A stretch of 63,121 bases of DNA, the filler included, from Nemertoderma westbladi (lineage: Eukaryota; Animalia; Xenacoelomorpha): NCBI GenBank assembly GCA_032718475.1. It is 3 parts of 3 records of this genome, joined end to end, with 100 filler letters (N's around TTAATTAATTAA, not from the genome) between each part and the next. Parts side by side here need not be neighbours in the genome. Positions count along the whole stretch, not along the records: positions 1 to 28,225 come from JAUCBJ010008045.1; positions 28,326 to 57,795 come from JAUCBJ010007121.1; 1 more part is not named here. One strand, given 5' to 3'. The notes beneath the pieces are model-generated. The model was not told where the DNA came from, did no database searches, and saw only the letters and a list, made by a program, of their open reading frames with translations. Numbering within the stretch: position 1 is the first letter of the stretch; the number at the start of each line of letters is the position of its first letter. A program made the position numbers and the translations under genes. Shown here piece by piece: positions 21,636 to 34,536 of the stretch.

Positions 21636-22805
21636 TGCTGAAATTTATTTTATTTATGATTCTTATATAGTCATTTTATACATCAATAAATTTATTTTTG
21701 TTTATTTTCTTTTTTTCCTGATGGAAGATTTAGTTTTTTTATAGGCCTACGGTACAGTATATCATTTATTGTATTTTTACAATTATATAGTAGCTTAGCA
21801 TTATATTGTATAGGATTACTTAACTTAATTATATAATGCAACATTCAACATTATTTATCATATATATGTTTCTCGCATTTATTCGTATATAAATGATAAA
21901 TATTTAGTTTCCAGTCCACGTTAATTCTGTTTAAACCCAAACCTTCCCTTAGCATTTTACTGTTTTCTAAATCCAACATTTCTGTTTTTCAATAACCCTG
22001 TGAATTAAAATAACTAATTTGGTTAGCTAGAGGCGACCATTATATATATTTTATAAATATTTTTACCAATGCAATATATATAATAATAAATAATTATTAT
22101 AGGTAAGACAATTAAACAGTTTGTTTACCAACTTTAAGATATTATGCTGTGCTTTTAATTTTAAGCACGTGAATTAAGATTCACTCCTGTTTTCTATTTT
22201 TTGGTAAAGTTTGGGTATAATGATTTAATTGTTGGAACTTATTAACACTTTGGTGGCGGGTTTATTTTTTTGGTTACACTTTTACGGTGCGGTTGTAGGT
22301 ATGTACCGTGTATATGTTTTATGAATATTTTTGATATTTGTTTTGGTTTGTTTTTCTTTCTATTTTTTGAATGTTATACCGACTACATTTTTATATTCTT
22401 TGGATAAAGTATAAAACTATTATAAATAATGTTGGTTTGTCTCGACTACATATTTACACGTCAACAATAAAGGCGATGATGTTAACAATTTGAAAGCGTC
22501 GCCAATTAAGTGATCGATCAGTTGTACGAACAAGTATATGTTTCTGACTTTTAGCCGTTTATTGATTGTACAGAGACCAACAATTCGTTTCTTTGTTTTG
22601 GTAGGTGGGTAGTAGTGGGGATATCATTCAACTATTCATATATAAATGTAATAACTATGTTAAATATTCTGTAATGCTGTCTGTTTTTGCTGGTTTTATT
22701 TATAAGTTGGAAATTTGATGAATAAAATAACATTACTTATTATAAATAACTAATAATATATATATTATAAATAAACCGAAGAGTCTGTGCGATCGGTAGA
22801 CATTT

Positions 22806-23240
22806 CGTCGCGTTACTACAGTAGAACTCAAGTCGATTTTTTTTTGGATTTTCAACTTTTTAACTTTGTTTTCTCTTCTTCCGGAAGTGGAACCCCATAA
22901 TATCCGATATCGACCATTCTACTTGGTAAGTTTCCTTTCCAGAAGTATTTCTTAGCTGAACACGAATAGTGAGGGAACACCCTGTAAATCAGTTTTCGCA
23001 TTAATTTCTGGAAAAATCCCTCAGTCATAAATAGTTTTTATTGGAAAATGCCATCGATATACATCAGTGCTATTTATATAAAGCCATACTTTAAAGTTTA
23101 ATGATACCAATTACGAGCTTTAGGCACTAAGTTTATAATAGAAACACTATTTTATTCAATTTCTACCATTTATTAAAAAAATAAAGTTTATTATAGACGG
23201 AAAAAAGTCGACGTATGGTGCTCTACCTTTGTACGTGACG
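22806..23240. mobile_element. Possible non-autonomous DNA transposon (Sola1-like ends)
   Basis: Imperfect inverted ends CGTCGCGTTAC...GTAGAAC..GTCGATTTT and AAAAGTCGAC...CTCTAC...GTACGTGACG, resembling the end at 30773-30803. No exact TSD. Confidence 0.4.
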
Positions 23241-24295
23241 TTTCGTATTGCTGATGTTATTGTATATGAGGTGTAATACAATATAATCTAACGAGATACA
23301 TTGTATAAGAATCTCCCTCATTTATACTTTTACTAATTATGTTCTTGGCATTTGAGCTTAAGTAATTAATTAATTAATTAATTAAGTAATTAATTAATTA
23401 CCTATGATATTATTATTACGTTGTTTTTAACAACAATGTGGTGTTCGAGTTATTTTCTTTCTTCCCATTTTATTTAGCTCATTGTGTAACAAACCATCTT
23501 GTTTTAAGTGAAACTGCCATTTAACTTGTACCATTTTGGTTGTTGTGTATTTATCTTGATCTGCTGCCACGTTCTCTGGTGATCAGATCATTGGTTTTAT
23601 ATATTTGTGCGTGGCGTATCTGTAATACTGTTATGTCATTGTATTACTGGACAATGCTATGATGTAGTAATTGAATTAACCAGCTATTCAAACTACAGGT
23701 CTAACTATTTAATATCTCAAACGAAGTCTCAATTTACCTTATTTACAATGATGTATACGAATTTATTGTTTCAATATATTTGTGCTAAATTTGTTAGAAC
23801 CACCCTGTTATAAGTATTGCGTAACTTCATACTTGCTATGAAAGTTGCCCATAATAGATATATTATTAATAATAAATAAAATGAAATATTAGTACACAAT
23901 TCAGTTATTGTACTGTATTTTTGTTTGTACTTTACTTTCTATATACTTCCTCAAATCGATGAACATTTTCAAATTTAGTAATGACCTATTGTCAGGTGCT
24001 TTATTGTATTCCATTCCATAACTGAAATTAAATTACCATATCAGAAACATGTGCAATAATTTTGTAATATGTACTATTATTGGTGTATTATACGTCGCAG
24101 TGCATATGTATACAGTTTGTTACGGTTAACTTAATAACAATTAATAATCAGCAAAGAAATAGGAAGTAACTGGAGGGAAAAGTTGGATGGGGTACATCAA
24201 TAATGTGGGCCTAAAGAGCAAAGTGTACACAACACATATTTATTGCCATTATAACTAATTGTAGGTCACAGCTTAGCAAAGTCGGCATTTACATC

Positions 24296-24350
24296 CAGGT
24301 GGGATCGAATTGGTGACCTCTAGGTTGGCAGTCTGGCGCTAAGAAACCCA
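24296..24350 (-). mobile_element. tRNA-derived SINE head fragment (Gly GCC-like)
   Basis: Minus strand reads ...TTAGCGCCAGACTGCCAACCTAGAGGTCACCAATTCGATCCCACCTGG: anticodon arm and B-box-like TTCGATCCC. Degenerate, not a functional tRNA. Confidence 0.45.
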
Positions 24351-24411
24351 ACACGTAACTCGAATGGTAATTGTGGGCCTACCCACGTATTGAGCGACTG
24401 TGATTTACTGA

Positions 24412-24846
24412 AGGGCCATTCCCATCCGATTATTATATTATAATCACTTTGGGGGTGGGTGGTCATTGGTTAAAGGCATTAATTACAGGTGATTGATTGA
24501 TTACCAGGAACAGGGGGGTGGGAGGTCGGTGCCTTTGATTATAGGGGGGTGGGTGGGCAAAGGCGGATCTATGTAATCATGTCTCTTCGTCACAGACTAC
24601 CACAAAGAATGCACCCATATAGGTGCGGTGATGGGGATTTACCGCCGTTTCACTTTTTATTTCTAAATATATGTTAAACTTTACTTTTTATTTTTAAATA
24701 TGTAAAAATTTAACTTTTTTTTTCTAGTGTATGTTGAACTTTACTTTAACTTTTGAATTAACGTTTGAATCCTTGATTACATGGGGTGGGTGGGTGGTAA
24801 AAATTGAGCTAATAAGTGATTACGTCTTACTTCCATGGCTGGCCCC
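24412..24846. mobile_element. PIF/Harbinger-type MITE
   Basis: Ends AGGGCCATTC... / ...GGCTGGCCCC with 3-bp TSD TGA on both sides; internal GGGGTGGGTGG and GATTACGT motifs. Confidence 0.6.
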
Positions 24847-25704
24847 TGAGTCGTTGGGGCCACGACAAAATCAAGGACCTGGAATATGATGAACAAGGCA
24901 GAAGATGTTTCGGGCATAATCTACTAATTTACTTTTAATTTAAAATTGGAATATTATGTACTGTAACTATAACTACATAGTTTGAAGAGGATGTATGTAT
25001 ATTATGTTATTATTCATTTATATTACGGTTTAAAATGAATTATGGGGCAGGTGGGGATCTATATAATTGTCATGCTCCATTGCAGCCGCATTAAAAATGT
25101 TATGCCGGCTTATCAACAAAATTCCGCCGCCACAACCCCCAAACACCCATGATCACCATCTCAGCGTAGTCCTAGATTATGTAGAAAATATATATGTATT
25201 ATTTACATTTATTCATATTAACATTTTCTGAATGCAATTACTGTACATAGTGATTACTTGATCTGTATAGCATATTATGATTGATAAATAACATTATGCT
25301 AAGATTTTAAACTGTGTCGTCAGTTAATCTTATAAAGTACTTGACTATAGACTTAAGGTAAATATTTTTAAATTGCCACCAAATGTCGTTATTTACTTTC
25401 TATCACGCTATTTACTCACCGATCTCTGGCAATATTATTATTGATCTGCGCAAAATATACTGTTTACGATTATAATATTTGGTGTAGGTATTAATTTATG
25501 TAGTACATATCATTACGCTAGAGGAAACACTCGAACTTACCATTTTAATGTTAACCCTTGATCTCAATAATACATCCCACCATTTTATTTTAATATGTCA
25601 CTTCCTTCTTATTCAACTCATTTATACTGTAGTATATTAAATCACTACTAAATCACATTTATTTCTTGGGTTTAAATATATCACGTGTTTCCTTGGTTGG
25701 GTGA

Positions 25705-26650
25705 ATTAGCCCGCGAGTATTCTTAGCCCGCGGGTATTCTTAGCCCGCGAGTATTTTTAGCCCTCGAGTTAGTAAAGGAGCAGGTTAGTAAAGGAGCAGG
25801 TTTCAGAGGCGTATTGGGGGGAACCAAAACAATAAACGTTATTGTTTTGCGGACTAAGAATACCCACGGGCTAAGTATACTCGCGGGCTAAGCTTCCTTT
25901 GGTTGGGGGGAGTGCTTTTGTTTTGACGTAATCAAAATGGAACACTATTATTTTTGAGAGCAATGGTGGGAATGTAGATGGGAAGGTGTTTGGGAATGTG
26001 GGAAGATGGGTGGGAAGGTGGATGGGAATGTGGGAAGATATGTGGGAAGGTGGATGGGAATGTGGGTGGGAAGGTGGATGGGAATGTGAGGAAAATTCAA
26101 CACATGTTAAAAGGTTATGCAGGGAACTAAAGGAACGGGTTACCGGGTCGTATGGATGTAACCAAAACAATATACGATGTTCTTACCAATTTAGGGAAAG
26201 GAGCAAGTTACAGAGGTGGGCTTTTCTAACCTAAACTTGTTACAAATTGAAGGGAAAAGGACAGTATACAGAGTCGAACTTTCCTAACCAAAACAATAAA
26301 CGATGTTGTTACCTAACAATTGCTGGAAAGGGGTCCGTTATCTTGAGACAGGGTGGGAAACTGGACGCAAAACCCACCTTGGCGAATTAATATCCCACCT
26401 CAATGTTAAATTCTCAATTTAGGGAAAGGAGCAGGTTACAGTGGCACGTTCTTTTAACCAAAACAATAAACTAAACACAGTAGAACGGGTTACAGTTTTA
26501 TTTTTGAGAGTAATCAACTGTTATTTGCGTCCAATTTCCCCCCCCCCCCCCCCCCTCCTTACCACATTCCCCACCCACCTTCCCAGAGTTCCCACACACA
26601 CACACCACCACCTTCTCAATCACCATCCGACCGACCGACCGCCTGATGTG
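25705..26650. repeat. Composite repeat: 17-bp TTAGCCCGCGAGTATTC motifs in direct and inverted orientation, TGGGAA-type simple repeat and its partial reverse complement; probably a non-autonomous element
   Basis: 4 forward motif copies 25705-25770, inverted copies 25850-25892, (TGGGAAGG)n 25965-26090, TTCCC-rich mirror 26560-26600, repeated AACCAAAACAATAAAC. Confidence 0.55.
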
Positions 26651-28225
26651 AATTCCCCAAGTGGTGTAAAACACGAAAGTTGTCTAAATGATAGTAAATT
26701 AAAAATAAAAAGCTAAACTAATAAAGTTAGTTTATTGCCAACTCCAGTGTTATATATAGTTCTGACGTCATCACGGTCATTGTATTAATTTCCTTATATT
26801 GCTCCTTATTTCTGAACCGTTTACACCGAGTATAAAGAAAGATAGTATAAAAAAGCACCAAGAATGGCAGTAAGGATGATTTAAAGTAATCACAGATTAG
26901 TAATTCCCCTCGCGGCGCGGATACAAGGACTTTGTAGTATTTATTCTGTATTTGCCATTATGCATAACATTTTACATTACGTTACTTGTCTTGTCGGTAG
27001 ATGACGAGATTGGTCCATGTTATCTTTAGGAATTGCACAGTAATAATGGCTTATGTGATCCAGATAATGAGGCATCTATTCAAAGGATTGGCTCTGTAAC
27101 TGTGTTTTACTTTAGTTGTGATAGCCAGTCATTGACAGTTAATAGAGTGTGTGGAGTTGAGTTGCCTCCAGTATAATAGTGGTTAGATGCTGCGTCATTC
27201 TACACAACCAACCCCCACACCCCTCCTGAGCTCCCCTGCATTCTCTTAACATCAGCTGTTGCAGCCATTTACTGGAGGAGAGCATACGGCGTGGAGGGAA
27301 TGTTGTATCCTCAGTGGACAATATTGCTGCCTTACGTAGTGAATAATACAGCGTGCCTCCTATCTGCCTATTATATGCCGTATGGAACCAGCATAGCTCA
27401 GTAGCTAGCACATTATATTGAACCTATCCTATTGACTCCGTAATTACATTACTGCTGTACTAAGATAATATAGAGTCTGAGAGTATTGTTGAAAATTAAT
27501 GTTGATACATTTGCTAGTGTTTATTTTAGTACGTAGTAGGCCTACCTATCTAATCTTTATGGGATGGGCTATTAGTTTCTGGTATACCCTGATATCAGTC
27601 GCCTTCATAGGCTTACCGGTACGGCGGCAGGGTGGTAGTACATTGTCCTGTCACTCCTGCTGTCCTGTCTGCCTGTCTATTGTAGTTTTTTGCAAGTAAT
27701 TTTTCCATAAACTGATAAACTGCGACCTAAATCAACTGATCAAGTTATTATAATAATATCCAGGGATATCAGTACCAGTCTGCCAGTACAGCCAGTCTGC
27801 CAGTAGGCCTACAATTTCGACCGAAAAGTGAAAACCTGGTATTCTTCACGTAATATCAGTCAGTCAGTCTGTCAGTAGGTAGGTGATAGGCCTAATACTG
27901 TAATATACAATCGTCCATAGCCTGATAGCCTCAACAAATTCACTACAAATTCGTAAATTAATAAAAATTTATTATTTTTTATTGCTGCTGTATACTGCAG
28001 TACTGGTACTGGTATAGGCCTTAGGCCCCTACCTTTATAGCATTTGTAGTTGTAGCTGTCAGGTACCGGTAGGCCTACTTGAAACGTGACTGTCACGTGT
28101 CACTGCTGCACTGTACCCCGACCCCTGACCCGGGGCCGGGTAAGAGTTGACTGGTTGAGGATCTGTACAACGTGACACTATGCACTATCAGTTCGGTTCC
28201 CCCGTTCCCGTCAAGCGACTTTTTG

Positions 28226-28325
28226 NNNNNNNNNNNNNNNNNNNNNNNNNNNNNNNNNNNNNNNNNNNNTTAATTAATTAANNNNNNNNNNNNNNNNNNN
28301 NNNNNNNNNNNNNNNNNNNNNNNNN
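28226..28325. other. Assembly gap with artificial TTAATTAATTAA spacer
   Basis: 100-bp N run with a central all-frame stop linker, identical in layout to the gap at 57796. Confidence 0.97.
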
Positions 28326-29379
28326 AAAAACTTGTAATGCACCAACTACCTTTCACAGCTTAGCCGTGATGATTCATATTACGACATCTAACAGCTGGTT
28401 GCTGACATGGAAACAGCCATTGGACGCGTGGTTCTTTGTTTGGCTTGGGCCAATCAGGGCGGTTTTTCCTGTCGACGTGTAGCTTTTCAGTCGATCATAA
28501 GGAGAGTGTTCAGTCTTACTGTTTTTACTTGATACTTTGTTGTTATTGCTGTCTAAGCCAGAAACACCGGCCTTTTGGTAAGAACTATAGAAAACTGCTT
28601 GAATTATCGAAAGTATAAACTGTTACCTCACCTTGATACTTTAATTGAAAGACAGCATTAACTCACTTAATTTAATTGCATTAATCATATTGTTTGTACT
28701 GTTATTTTACCGTCAGTTATTAATTGTACCTATTTGTTGATGGAAATATTGCTATTTGGATAATACGGATAAATCACCCAAATTCCCAATTTTCTTGATA
28801 CACTACAGGTTAGAGAGACCGGCTATACATAACAATTGCGATTTATATTAATGTGGTGTGTATTGAATCCAATGTTATTTAGCAGACCCTACGTGAGTCA
28901 ATTACTGCTCTCTTTATGTGTGATCAAATATACTGACTGTCGGCAGAATAGTGTGTATGATTGTGATTGGTAACAAAGTATTTCCTAAAGAATACGCTTT
29001 ATACTTTAATCATAAGCAGTATCGTTGCGTTTAGTATAAGTCTTAGTTCTGTTTAAATAGATAAAGCGCCACGTCCTAAAGGAACTGTTAATATTTCCCG
29101 AAAGCCAATAATATCTGTCAGAGATTAATTATTAACGATCTATCGAATAATACATTAGGTATACACTGCAACCTTACACTGTAATAATACAATTCAAGCA
29201 TCCGAATTCAGTCTCCCGGGTGTAGATCCATCGGGTGAATGATCGCGCATGGGCTGACTTCGGCTAGTGTTTTGCGTATTAGCATAAATTATTGTCGTAT
29301 GCTAAAGTGGTTTTAATTAACTAAAAGACATATAAATTTTGGCAGGTTAAACTGCTAAAGGTCTTCAAAAGCGCGAACA
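28326..29379 (+). mobile_element. LTR-like repeat, copy 1 (left end lost in gap), inserted into the Sola1-like transposase
   Basis: Homologous to 36772-37446 (shared AAAGCGCCACGTC.AAAGGAACTGTTAATATTTCCC and TGGCAGGTTAAACTGCTAAAGGTC); both end in AAAAGCGCGAACA; CCAAT/ATTGG boxes at 28419-28455. Confidence 0.6.
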
Positions 29380-30803
29380 GCTCGTTTTTTATCAATTTCC
29401 TTTTCTTCCATACAATTATTTTCTCGGAGTTTATGTGGCATTCGTACTTCATTGTTATATACTTCTCGCTCATCTCCAACAAGATTGTCAATTGCAGCGT
29501 AAGTCACGCATTGATCTTTCTTTGGTTGATAAAATCTGATGTTGTAATCTTTATGAAAGATATCAGTGTATATTGATTTGGAGACTGGCTCCATATCAAA
29601 ACTTTCCTCCAAGCAGTATTCTGGATATAGGGAATATAATTTCGTCATAGTCATGTCAGCATGCATATACATGCATTGTGTTTGTTTTCGAACATATTAT
29701 GTATTTGTGTCACCGTAGCAAACAGGAATTTCATTGACATCAATTGATGGTTGACTTTGATGATAACTGTGGTCCAATAATTCATCAGTCGTTTCTTCTA
29801 AGCTCGATTCATTTGCAATTGTTGTATTGTCAGCACTTGAGGTTCCTCAATCAGCATTTAAAAATACATCATTTGAAATTAAGTATTCAGTCATTGAATT
29901 AGTTTCCAGAGAATTTGTCAAAATGCACTCATTATCATCACCAGTACCACTTAAGGTAAACTCATCATTATTGTCTAGTTCTTCAGGGTCACTATTCTGG
30001 ACGAATTGAACAGCTGCCTCGAGGTTATATTTTTTGTGAGTTCCTTTCTTGGACATAATGCGAATAATAGAGTATATAAAGGGAGAAGTTATTTACTAGA
30101 TAGTACTTTTAGACCCAAATGTGACATGATTTTAAAAGAAAATAATAAACTTCTAACAAAGGCGCATGCTATCTACTTATATGTGTTATTATTAAGTGCG
30201 CACTTACTACTCACATGTTTGCATGTGTTGTGAAAATTTGCCGTATTCATAGTAGCCTAATATTTATAGGCGTAAAGTGTGTGTAGGCCTAGTACTACTT
30301 TGAAATATTAGTATCCTATCTACAGTAAAATCAACCCGAAAATTATAGAATATTATTAAACTAATGGTATTCATTTTACTTTCTGAATTAGGCTGCTGTA
30401 GACTGCAATAATAAACTAATAATTATTTATAGTTAGTATTTGCAGGATTCTGATCATACAAGCAGTATATAAATGACAAATTAAGGGGTTTTGCCAGATT
30501 GTTGTTTCTTATTTACGGGGTTCTGACAGGTTGTTATTTTTGATTTAAGGGGTTTTGCCAGGTGGACAGAATGTCATATACTTGAATTTACGGTGTTTTG
30601 CAAGTCAATTATTGACTTGGGGGGTTCTGCCTCGAAGTGGTCTTAAGTTACGGGAACTGTCTTTGGCTTATAAACTCAAAAATGGCTGGTTGAAAAGCTT
30701 CGGGGTTCTGCCAGATGAAAAAGCCGATATCAAATTACCCAAAAAGTCAAAAACATGAAAATCGAAAAAAATCGACTTAGGGGGTTCTGCCTTGAAGGTG
30801 ACG
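29380..30803 (-). mobile_element. Degenerate Sola1-like DNA transposon remnant
   Basis: Minus-strand peptide MTKLYSLY...PVSKSIYTDIFHKDYNIRFYQPKKDQC; about 8 subterminal repeats TTANGGGTT(C/T)TGCC at 30480-30790; terminus ...GGGGTTCTGCCTTGAAGGTGACG. Confidence 0.6.
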
Positions 30804-31560
30804 TAGTGCTAGAAAGGAGACAATAGATAGAAGTTCCCAAGGGAGACGGGACGGTAAAGTGAAACAAGGTAGAAGTGTATCCGTCTAACCACTGGGAAGC
30901 AGCACCTCAAACTTGCGCCAATCATGTTTCTGCTTGTTAATAGCTGGCTGGCGAGTGCGTATATAAAACATTTCTAGTTTTTGCAGGACAGGACGCAAAG
31001 GGTGCCGTGCAATAACCTTGAAGTGTTTGAACAACTCTCGCCAGTCAGTCAACCAACGTGTGTTGGGCTCCCCGCGGTGCGTCATGATATGGTTGTGAAC
31101 TGTCTTGCCTTGTTCACTACCATCATTGGCCGACCCGTCTTGATGCTGTCTAACGCGTTCAAATAAGTGTTGGATGGTATGTCCAACATATTCCCCCTTA
31201 CAAGAGGGACAAGCAAATGAATACACGACGTTAGAAGCCAGAATATCGGGAACCGGATGTTTCAATGATGGCAGTGATTGGCGCAGTTTGGCAGTTGTGT
31301 AAACAAACCGCACTGGCCGTGCGCAAGATCTCGGTACTAGACCACGTAGCCTACGAACGAAAAGTTCGGTAGCCCGACCGCGGTACTCAAACTTACAGAT
31401 GATAGGCCTAGCTACTTGAGAAAGCCCCCATTGGGGCGAAACCTACTGATCAGCTGACAGCCGTCAGCTGATTACTGATTGCATGCAACGTCTAATGGTC
31501 AGTTGCTTTTTTATTTTAGTATTTGTATCGTACTGTACTGGCATACCTACCGGTAAGGTT
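30804..31560 (-). mobile_element. 5'-truncated Penelope-like element (GIY-YIG endonuclease end) with inverted terminal segment
   Basis: Minus ORF (to about 31405) FEYRGRATELFVRRL...LPSLK...NVVYSFACPSCKGEYVGHTIQHLFERVRQH...LEMFYIRTRQPAINKQ. The plus-strand segment from about 31411 carries a hammerhead-like core. Confidence 0.85.
31411..31480 (+). ncRNA. Degenerate type I hammerhead ribozyme core (U3-A8 variant)
   Basis: TTGAGAA-A-GCCCC-CATT-GGGGC-GAAAC followed by a 10-bp hairpin ATCAGCTGAC/GTCAGCTGAT. Stem I and the cleavage triplet cannot be cleanly paired. Confidence 0.5.
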
Positions 31561-31726
31561 TTTTACTTCAGCTTGACAATTAAAGAATAAAATAATTAAT
31601 AGTAGTGTTATTATTTATTAGCAGTGTTATTAATAGTATTATTATTATTTATTAGCAGTGTTATTAATAGTAGTACTATTATTTGTTAGCAGTAGGCAAA
31701 TATTCTCTAACTCATTAATTTTGCAG

Positions 31727-33341
31727 GGCTCCAAATATCGACGTCTAACTATCAGCACTTTTGGCTCCCATAGCGAAGCTCAGGCATGGGTTAAGCTATT
31801 GAACCATTTCGGGTGGAACAGACTTGCCATAGTAGTCTATGAGAGCAGTGGAGCGTTACAAGATCATTCGCGGACATTAGACGAGTTGGTTTACGTGCTG
31901 GAAGAGAATGAAATAGATGTACTCAAAGTCTTGGTGGTCAATGATTTCAATCTTAAAAACGGCCTCGCGAGAGTCAACATATCCAAGGAATTGAATGATG
32001 CAGGTGCATTCGTCACAATTATTATGGCTCCACAGTTCTGCCTTGGAAGTGTTCTCAAAGACATAATTATGAATAAGCGCTCAGATCCAACAAAATATAT
32101 GTATTTAATACACACGGACGGGGGGAAAGTGACCAATCATGATATCCTAAATTGGGCCACCAACAATCCGAGTTCGTTCTTTGATAAAGGATTATTCGAA
32201 GGACCGACGAGGGAAGAGGCTGTGGCACAGCTGAACAACACGATACTGGTGACCTGGAAATCATCTCCTGATGATGCCGACTTACTTTTTGATGATAGAG
32301 GTAGAAATGGTCTTCATTCGGATTTATATAAAGTGTTTAATAGTGCAACTTGGAAGCTCCTGTATGGTCAAGCTACTAAATACAATGCATTGAGTGAGTT
32401 GTATTCTAGGCAATTTGACGCTTATATCGCGTTTGTATTGGGCTTGAATGCAACTATAGAAAGTATGGCGGTTGTTAACAACACTTGCCCTCTGGAGGAG
32501 TGGGATTACGAGCTGGCTGAAACGGTTTGGAAAGAAATAGTTAAGTTAGATTTCCAAGGATTATCTGGGAGGATACGATTCAATCGCACAACTGGTAATA
32601 TCTTACAAGATTTCGAAGTTTTTCGACTAAATACAACACCGAACTCAATAGAAATGATAAACGTGGGTGTATACACTGCTGATGACGAAAAGCTAAATCT
32701 TGATTTGAGCAAAATATATATTTCTGATGCTTTCAAACAGGAATCTCTTACCTTAATTACGAAAACATATCCTATTATCACTCTATGCGCAACTTCATTG
32801 GTAGTATTACTTCTTTTCATAATTATTATTCTAAATATTAAAAATATAGTCGCGAATGCAAGCTCTCGTATCATCGCGGTTGCGAATATATTTGTTAGTG
32901 TTGGTTGTCTAATTCTAGTAGTGGGAGGGGGACTTCCCGCAGGCCTAGACGAAGGGATCACAGAGAGTTTAATGTGGCTACAAACGGCTTGTAAAGCTAA
33001 GTTCGTATGTAAAGTCTTTTCTTATACTTTGATATTTACATCGATGTTTATGATAACTTGGAATGCGAATCTTGGGACCAAGGGAGGTATGAAGAATTAT
33101 TTTCTAGCTATTGTCATTATAACCGTTACAATAGCTATTGACGCGGCCGCCATTGTATTGAATATGTTAGAGTCAATCACCTGGGATTATATTCGTTCTA
33201 ATGATGGTAATGATATTGGATATTGTCATATGAAAAATGAGGTTTTATGGCTTATTTGTATTGGAGGATATAAAATTATATATCTTATTTATAGTCTTCG
33301 AGGAGCAAATGCATCGAACCAAAGCAACATAGCTGCTACTT
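31727..33341 (+). CDS. Large internal exon of a GABA-B-like class C GPCR (Venus-flytrap/ANF domain C-lobe plus TM1-TM5)
   Basis: LLNHFGWNRLAIVVY, FDAYIAFVLGLN, LDFQGLSGRIRFN...G; no Cys-rich domain; five TM segments, GYC..WLICIGGYK. Acceptor TTTTGCAG at 31726, donor GTGAGT at 33342 (phase 1). Confidence 0.8.
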
Positions 33342-33433
33342 GTGAGTAATTATAGAAATTTTCTTATCACTTGTCCAATATTTAAAATAAGTACCTTGTT
33401 AGAAAGAACCGCAACAAATTATTACATTTTTAT

Positions 33434-33510
33434 GTCGCACTATCCGAGTGGATACAGCGCCTGAGCTGCTTTCACATTAGTGTTTGGTGGCACAGGTTCA
33501 AATCCGACTA
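33434..33510 (+). mobile_element. tRNA-derived SINE head in the GPCR intron
   Basis: A-box-like TATCCGAGTGG, B-box GGTTCAAATCC, long variable region, followed by GACAAGAC repeats. Confidence 0.5.
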
Positions 33511-34536
33511 AAGTCTGTAAACATTTCGCCGGACAAGACAAGACGGACAAGACGGATAATTTACGGTTTTTTGAAAGGGCAGTGTACAAGGGTTGGAAAA
33601 ACACTAGAGTTAGGCTCAGATAATGCCTGGTGTACCTTATCTAGGGACCCTAAATTAGATGTTTTAAACTTAAAGAAAAATAGCACCCCAGGTCTGTTTT
33701 CCCGCAAATGTCCGTCAAAGTTGAAAAAAAGTACCAAATGACTTTGCGGGATCCGCTATAACTCGGCTGATATTAATCGTACGGGGACGAAAGTAACGCG
33801 GTTGGAAAGGGGAAGAGTGGTACTACCTTGGTATCGAATGGGGGTAAGATATTTATGAATATTTCGGGTTGGAAAAGGGGCCGTAACTTTTTATCGTTTT
33901 TGTCCGTCATTTTTATATTATTCATATTTCCGAAATTCTTAATTCGACAACGCGAGTAGGAATCTGCCAATTCTTTTTCGGAACGCGTAAAAGACACAGG
34001 GGCTACGTTCCTATCGAATGGGGGTACAAAAAATATGTCGGCAAAGGGGTCCAAAAAGGGTCAGAAATTATGAAAAGTTAATAACTAATAACTTTTTTAT
34101 TTTTGACTCTACATGGTTAAGGTACATTTTATACGGTTAATATCGATACGGGAATCCAAATATTCGATTGGTTTTGCTGCGCAAACGATATTAAAAAAAT
34201 GAGGGCCAATATTACAATTTGGCATTTCAAACTCGCTGCGCGGGAACTCGTCTAGCTCGAAAACTACTTTAAGGTCTGGGAGACGTATTTATACAGTCTT
34301 ATAGAGCATTAAATTGTCTATCTTTCAGGGATAGTTACAGCGCCGTAGCTATTATACAACTGGTGCGGCAGACGATCGTGTGAAATATAATAAATCGCTA
34401 CTCCATTATAATTTAGCGTATTACGCCAAAAGTACCTTTAAAGTTGAAGTAGAAGCTTGAAAATCCAATAATAAATAGTTAATTGTATTTTATTTATTAT
34501 CAAGCACGTTAAGTAAAAACTTTACCGGTAGGTATG

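Noticed and set aside
25040-27411. Candidate upstream exons of the class C GPCR (about 25070-25190) and minus ORF 27139-27411
   Set aside because: Only vague resemblance, no convincing motifs or phase-compatible splice sites, and separated from the GPCR by a gap.
28270-28281. TTAATTAATTAA inside N runs (also 57840-57851)
   Set aside because: Artificial scaffolding linker; adjacency across the gaps is also unproven.
33434-33510. Functional tRNA gene (also 24296-24350)
   Set aside because: A/B boxes are present but the cloverleaf stems do not close; treated as SINE heads.
33745-34440. Possible non-autonomous DNA transposon in the GPCR intron (duplicated TATCGAATGGGGGTA)
   Set aside because: No TIR pair or TSD could be defined.
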